A stretch of DNA of 63,780 nt, the filler included, from Reticulomyxa filosa (lineage: Eukaryota > Protista > Foraminifera): assembly GCA_000512085.1 (NCBI GenBank). It is 20 parts of 20 records of this genome, joined end to end, with 100 filler letters (N's around TTAATTAATTAA, not from the genome) between each part and the next. Parts side by side here need not be neighbours in the genome. Positions count along the whole stretch, not along the records: positions 53,769 to 63,780 come from ASPP01041266.1; 19 more parts are not named here. One strand, 5' to 3'. Made by a program: the position numbers and the translations under genes. Every line of letters begins with the position of its first letter. The stretch's first letter is position 1. The notes under the pieces are model-generated. The model had not been told where the DNA came from. It did no database searches and was given only the letters and a program-made list of their open reading frames with translations. Positions 61,059 through 63,780 of the stretch are shown here, piece after piece.

Positions 61059-62545
61059 TCCAGTTCTAGTTTGTCCGTTGCAAGGTTGGTTCTTTTTTTT
61101 AAGCAATATAGAAAGTTGTTGCCAAGGAACCAAGAAAAAAGAAACACATAATATAAAAATCAACCACAACAATAGAACAACAAACACCACGTTTTTTTCT
61201 TTTTTTTTCTCGCTATCCTTTCCTTCAAAATGCCTTGTTCTGTTGCAGAATGCCTTTTCTCTTTTTATTTTTTTTTAAATTTTTTTTTATTTTCTTTTTT
61301 TTTTTTTTTGCGGGAGATAAATAAAAGAAGAAAAGGGGAAGGAAGAGGATAAATAAGTAACTCATTGTCATATAAAAAAAAAATCTTTCGCAAATGTTTT
61401 GTTTTGTGTTTTATTTGTTTTTTTTTTTTTTGGTTAAAAGATCTTTTTTTTCTTTTTTTTCTCTTTCGTTGTCTCTCTGTTCTTTCTTGTCGGTAATAAT
61501 CCGTGAAAGGTGTTAGTTATTTGTTCAATGCGAAAAAGAAAACGAATCCGTTTTCATACGTGGCACATGTTATAAATTGTTTTGTTTTTTGTTTGCTTTA
61601 TTTTAGTAAACTGTGCATACTGTACATTAGTCTCTTCTGCACAAAAGAAGATGTTAATACGAATCCCGCAAGGGAGCAACCAATTGTGGAAAAAACAAAT
61701 AAACAAATAAATGCACTGAGTGACAAACGATTACATCAGGGCTTGAAAAATGTTTTTTTTGGCCTTTATTCGGTTAAGTGGTGTGTTGTCTTTGTTTCGG
61801 GTTTTTTTGTTATTTTTATTTTTTTTTCCCCCCTTCCTCTTCTTCTTGTTTGTATATTTTTGTTTTTTTTAGTTTACCACTGTCTTTTTTTTGTTGTTGT
61901 TTTTTCTTTTTTTTCCCTGCACAAACAAGAGGTTGCTGAAATGTGCATGTTCGCACAGACAAAAGTTTGAAAAATCAATCACCACAAATCTGATGTTGTT
62001 ATTGTTGTTGGTTTGATTTTTGACTACGTAGCTTTTGTTGCTTGTTGACCATTTTTGTTTTGTTCTCTTTTTCCCTTCTTTCTATTCATTGGTTTTGCAG
62101 ACAATTACCTGCCATGTCGACTTTTTTTTTAATCTTTTTTTCTCTGGGGTTTTGTAAGCTTAACCACCATCATTTTCGGGAAACTTTTTTTTTGCCTTTT
62201 TTATTTTATTGCTTTTTTTCACATTCTTAATTTTTTTTTTTTAATGGGTCTTGTTCTGACAACTCTTCACCGAGGGACACGTTTTTAACCCTTTCTTGCC
62301 TCGTGTAGAACGGTTTTAGCTCCTGTGAAAAGTACAAAAAGTGGATTTTTTTCTGTGTGTCAGCAATTAAATGTCCGTTACATTTGAAACGGAAAACATC
62401 AATCGTAAAGATCTGGCAAATTTACAGTGATTCACAAAAAAAAGGACTCTAAATGCACTCCTCTTTTCAACCCTTCACAATCTCGTTGGTTAGTTTTGAA
62501 TATTGTTAATAATATTGAACAAACATAAAGAAGATCCAACAACAA

Positions 62546-63780
62546 ATGGAATACAATATTGGGGAAGTTGTGAAATGCCATTCACCATGTGCAGTTTTAT
62601 TTTTTTTGGAAGTGTTTCCGTTATATTGGCGGAAGAACAATTTTTTTTATCTAGCGTTGGAGTGATGGGGGGGGGGATCACAGGGATAGGTATGATTCAG
62701 GACAAAGCCACAGCAGATGGTGAAATGGTATGTATAATGGAAATAATGGACACGACCCAGTTTGAAATTCGACGAGACCGAGTGGCAATGGACGAAATCG
62801 AATATGCGTTGACAAGTAAAGAAGTGTGGTCGTATGTGTTGCACTTGCATGACGAGTTGAAGCAACAGCGCAGTGAGATGTTATTGATAAAGAAATACAT
62901 TCGTGATTGCTACCACAATCACAAAGTGCCACAATATCCAATTCCATATACGATTGCTGCAGAAGATAAAGAGGAAGAAGAGACGAAGAGAAGTCCGTCT
63001 GCACATAAGTATCTCTCGAATCCACAAATAAATAATAATAATAATAATAATAATAACAATAATAATGATCGAAAGATCCATTTGGACAATACTCAAAGCA
63101 ATGATACAGTAGCAACTTTGCAAACGGTAACAGTGGACTTGTCCACAAACACTCGTGGGCCAAAGAGCAGCAGCAGTCGTCCCGAGACCAGAGAACATAC
63201 GTTGGTGCTTCACAGTGTGGCCAGCAATACTATGAGCAAAAGTATTCCATTGTTAGCTGATACAAAAAGTCTGTCGGTCAACAATAGTCCAACCAAACAT
63301 CAACATTATTTCAATCATAATCATGGTCATTATAATCATAACCATAACCACAGTCACAATCCAATGTGTCACTCCACTGAAACAATGGAATATCCTCTTA
63401 CAAGGAATATTCTTGCTGCTGGCGATCCTATCGATCCCTCTTCGGCTCTTCCTCCAAAGTCTAAGCATTCTGTTCCCATTCCCAATATCATTATCCAAAA
63501 ACCCGCCCACTCGCTGTTGGGTTCGCCCACGCAAGACCTTGTTGATGATCCTCTACACCACAGTGTTGCTATCTCTGCCTTTCGTGACTTGCCTCTCACC
63601 AAACCTGCATCTCATCCTCCTCCTCCTCCTCCTCCTCGGCAACATCAACAACATCACAATCCTCCTCCTTCTCATCATCACCATTTGGCTCATTCCAACT
63701 TTCATACACGCACCAGCAATGACAATAATGATGAAAATGACAATGATGATGAAAATGACAATGCAATGATAATAACAATG
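62546..63780 (+). CDS. Unknown low-complexity (N/H/P-rich) protein, runs off the window end
   Basis: Frame open from ATG 62692 to 63780 (363 codons, no stop, hence absent from the ORF track). Short coiled coil (VWSYVLHLHDELKQQRSEMLLIKKYI). A possible upstream exon MEYNIGEVVKCHSP at 62546 splices in frame. Confidence 0.65.

Noticed and set aside
1-63780. Prokaryotic features (operons, defence systems, rho-independent terminators), rRNA, tRNA
   Set aside because: The sequence is spliceosomal-intron-rich eukaryotic DNA; no such signatures were seen by eye.

Overview
This is not prokaryotic DNA and not one continuous locus. It is AT-rich, intron-rich eukaryotic (protist) genomic sequence: 20 short contigs joined by 19 artificial 100-bp spacers (44 N + TTAATTAATTAA + 44 N). 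The gene content and style (Kelch+WD40 family genes, TPR and WD40 relics, RNF213-like fragment, poly-Asn tracts, TA-microsatellite introns) resemble a foraminiferan such as Reticulomyxa filosa; this is an inference from pattern recognition, not a database result. Recognisable spliced genes, many truncated at contig ends: PX-domain protein, PME-1-like hydrolase, VHS-GAT (TOM1-like) protein, two RING proteins, LpqC/PHB-depolymerase-like esterase, gamma-glutamyltranspeptidase, a secreted (ETSEY)n mucin-like protein, a SAM-domain/Rab fusion, a sulfotransferase-like protein, hnRNP F/H-like protein, VPS15, FIG4, RNF213-like, Kelch-WD40, SRPBCC protein, cytochrome c peroxidase and a TEY-type MAP kinase with a long low-complexity N-terminus. 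There are also decayed non-LTR retrotransposon pieces. Many genes carry single-base frameshifts in homopolymer runs, most likely sequencing errors. The best leads are the SAM-Rab fusion with a switch-II Q-to-R change, its co-location with the Tyr/Glu-repeat secreted protein and the sulfotransferase, the prion-like MAPK, a RING-H2 frame that runs on through TGA-only stops, and an inverted pair of retroelement ORF1 copies. No rRNA, tRNA or CRISPR array was seen.
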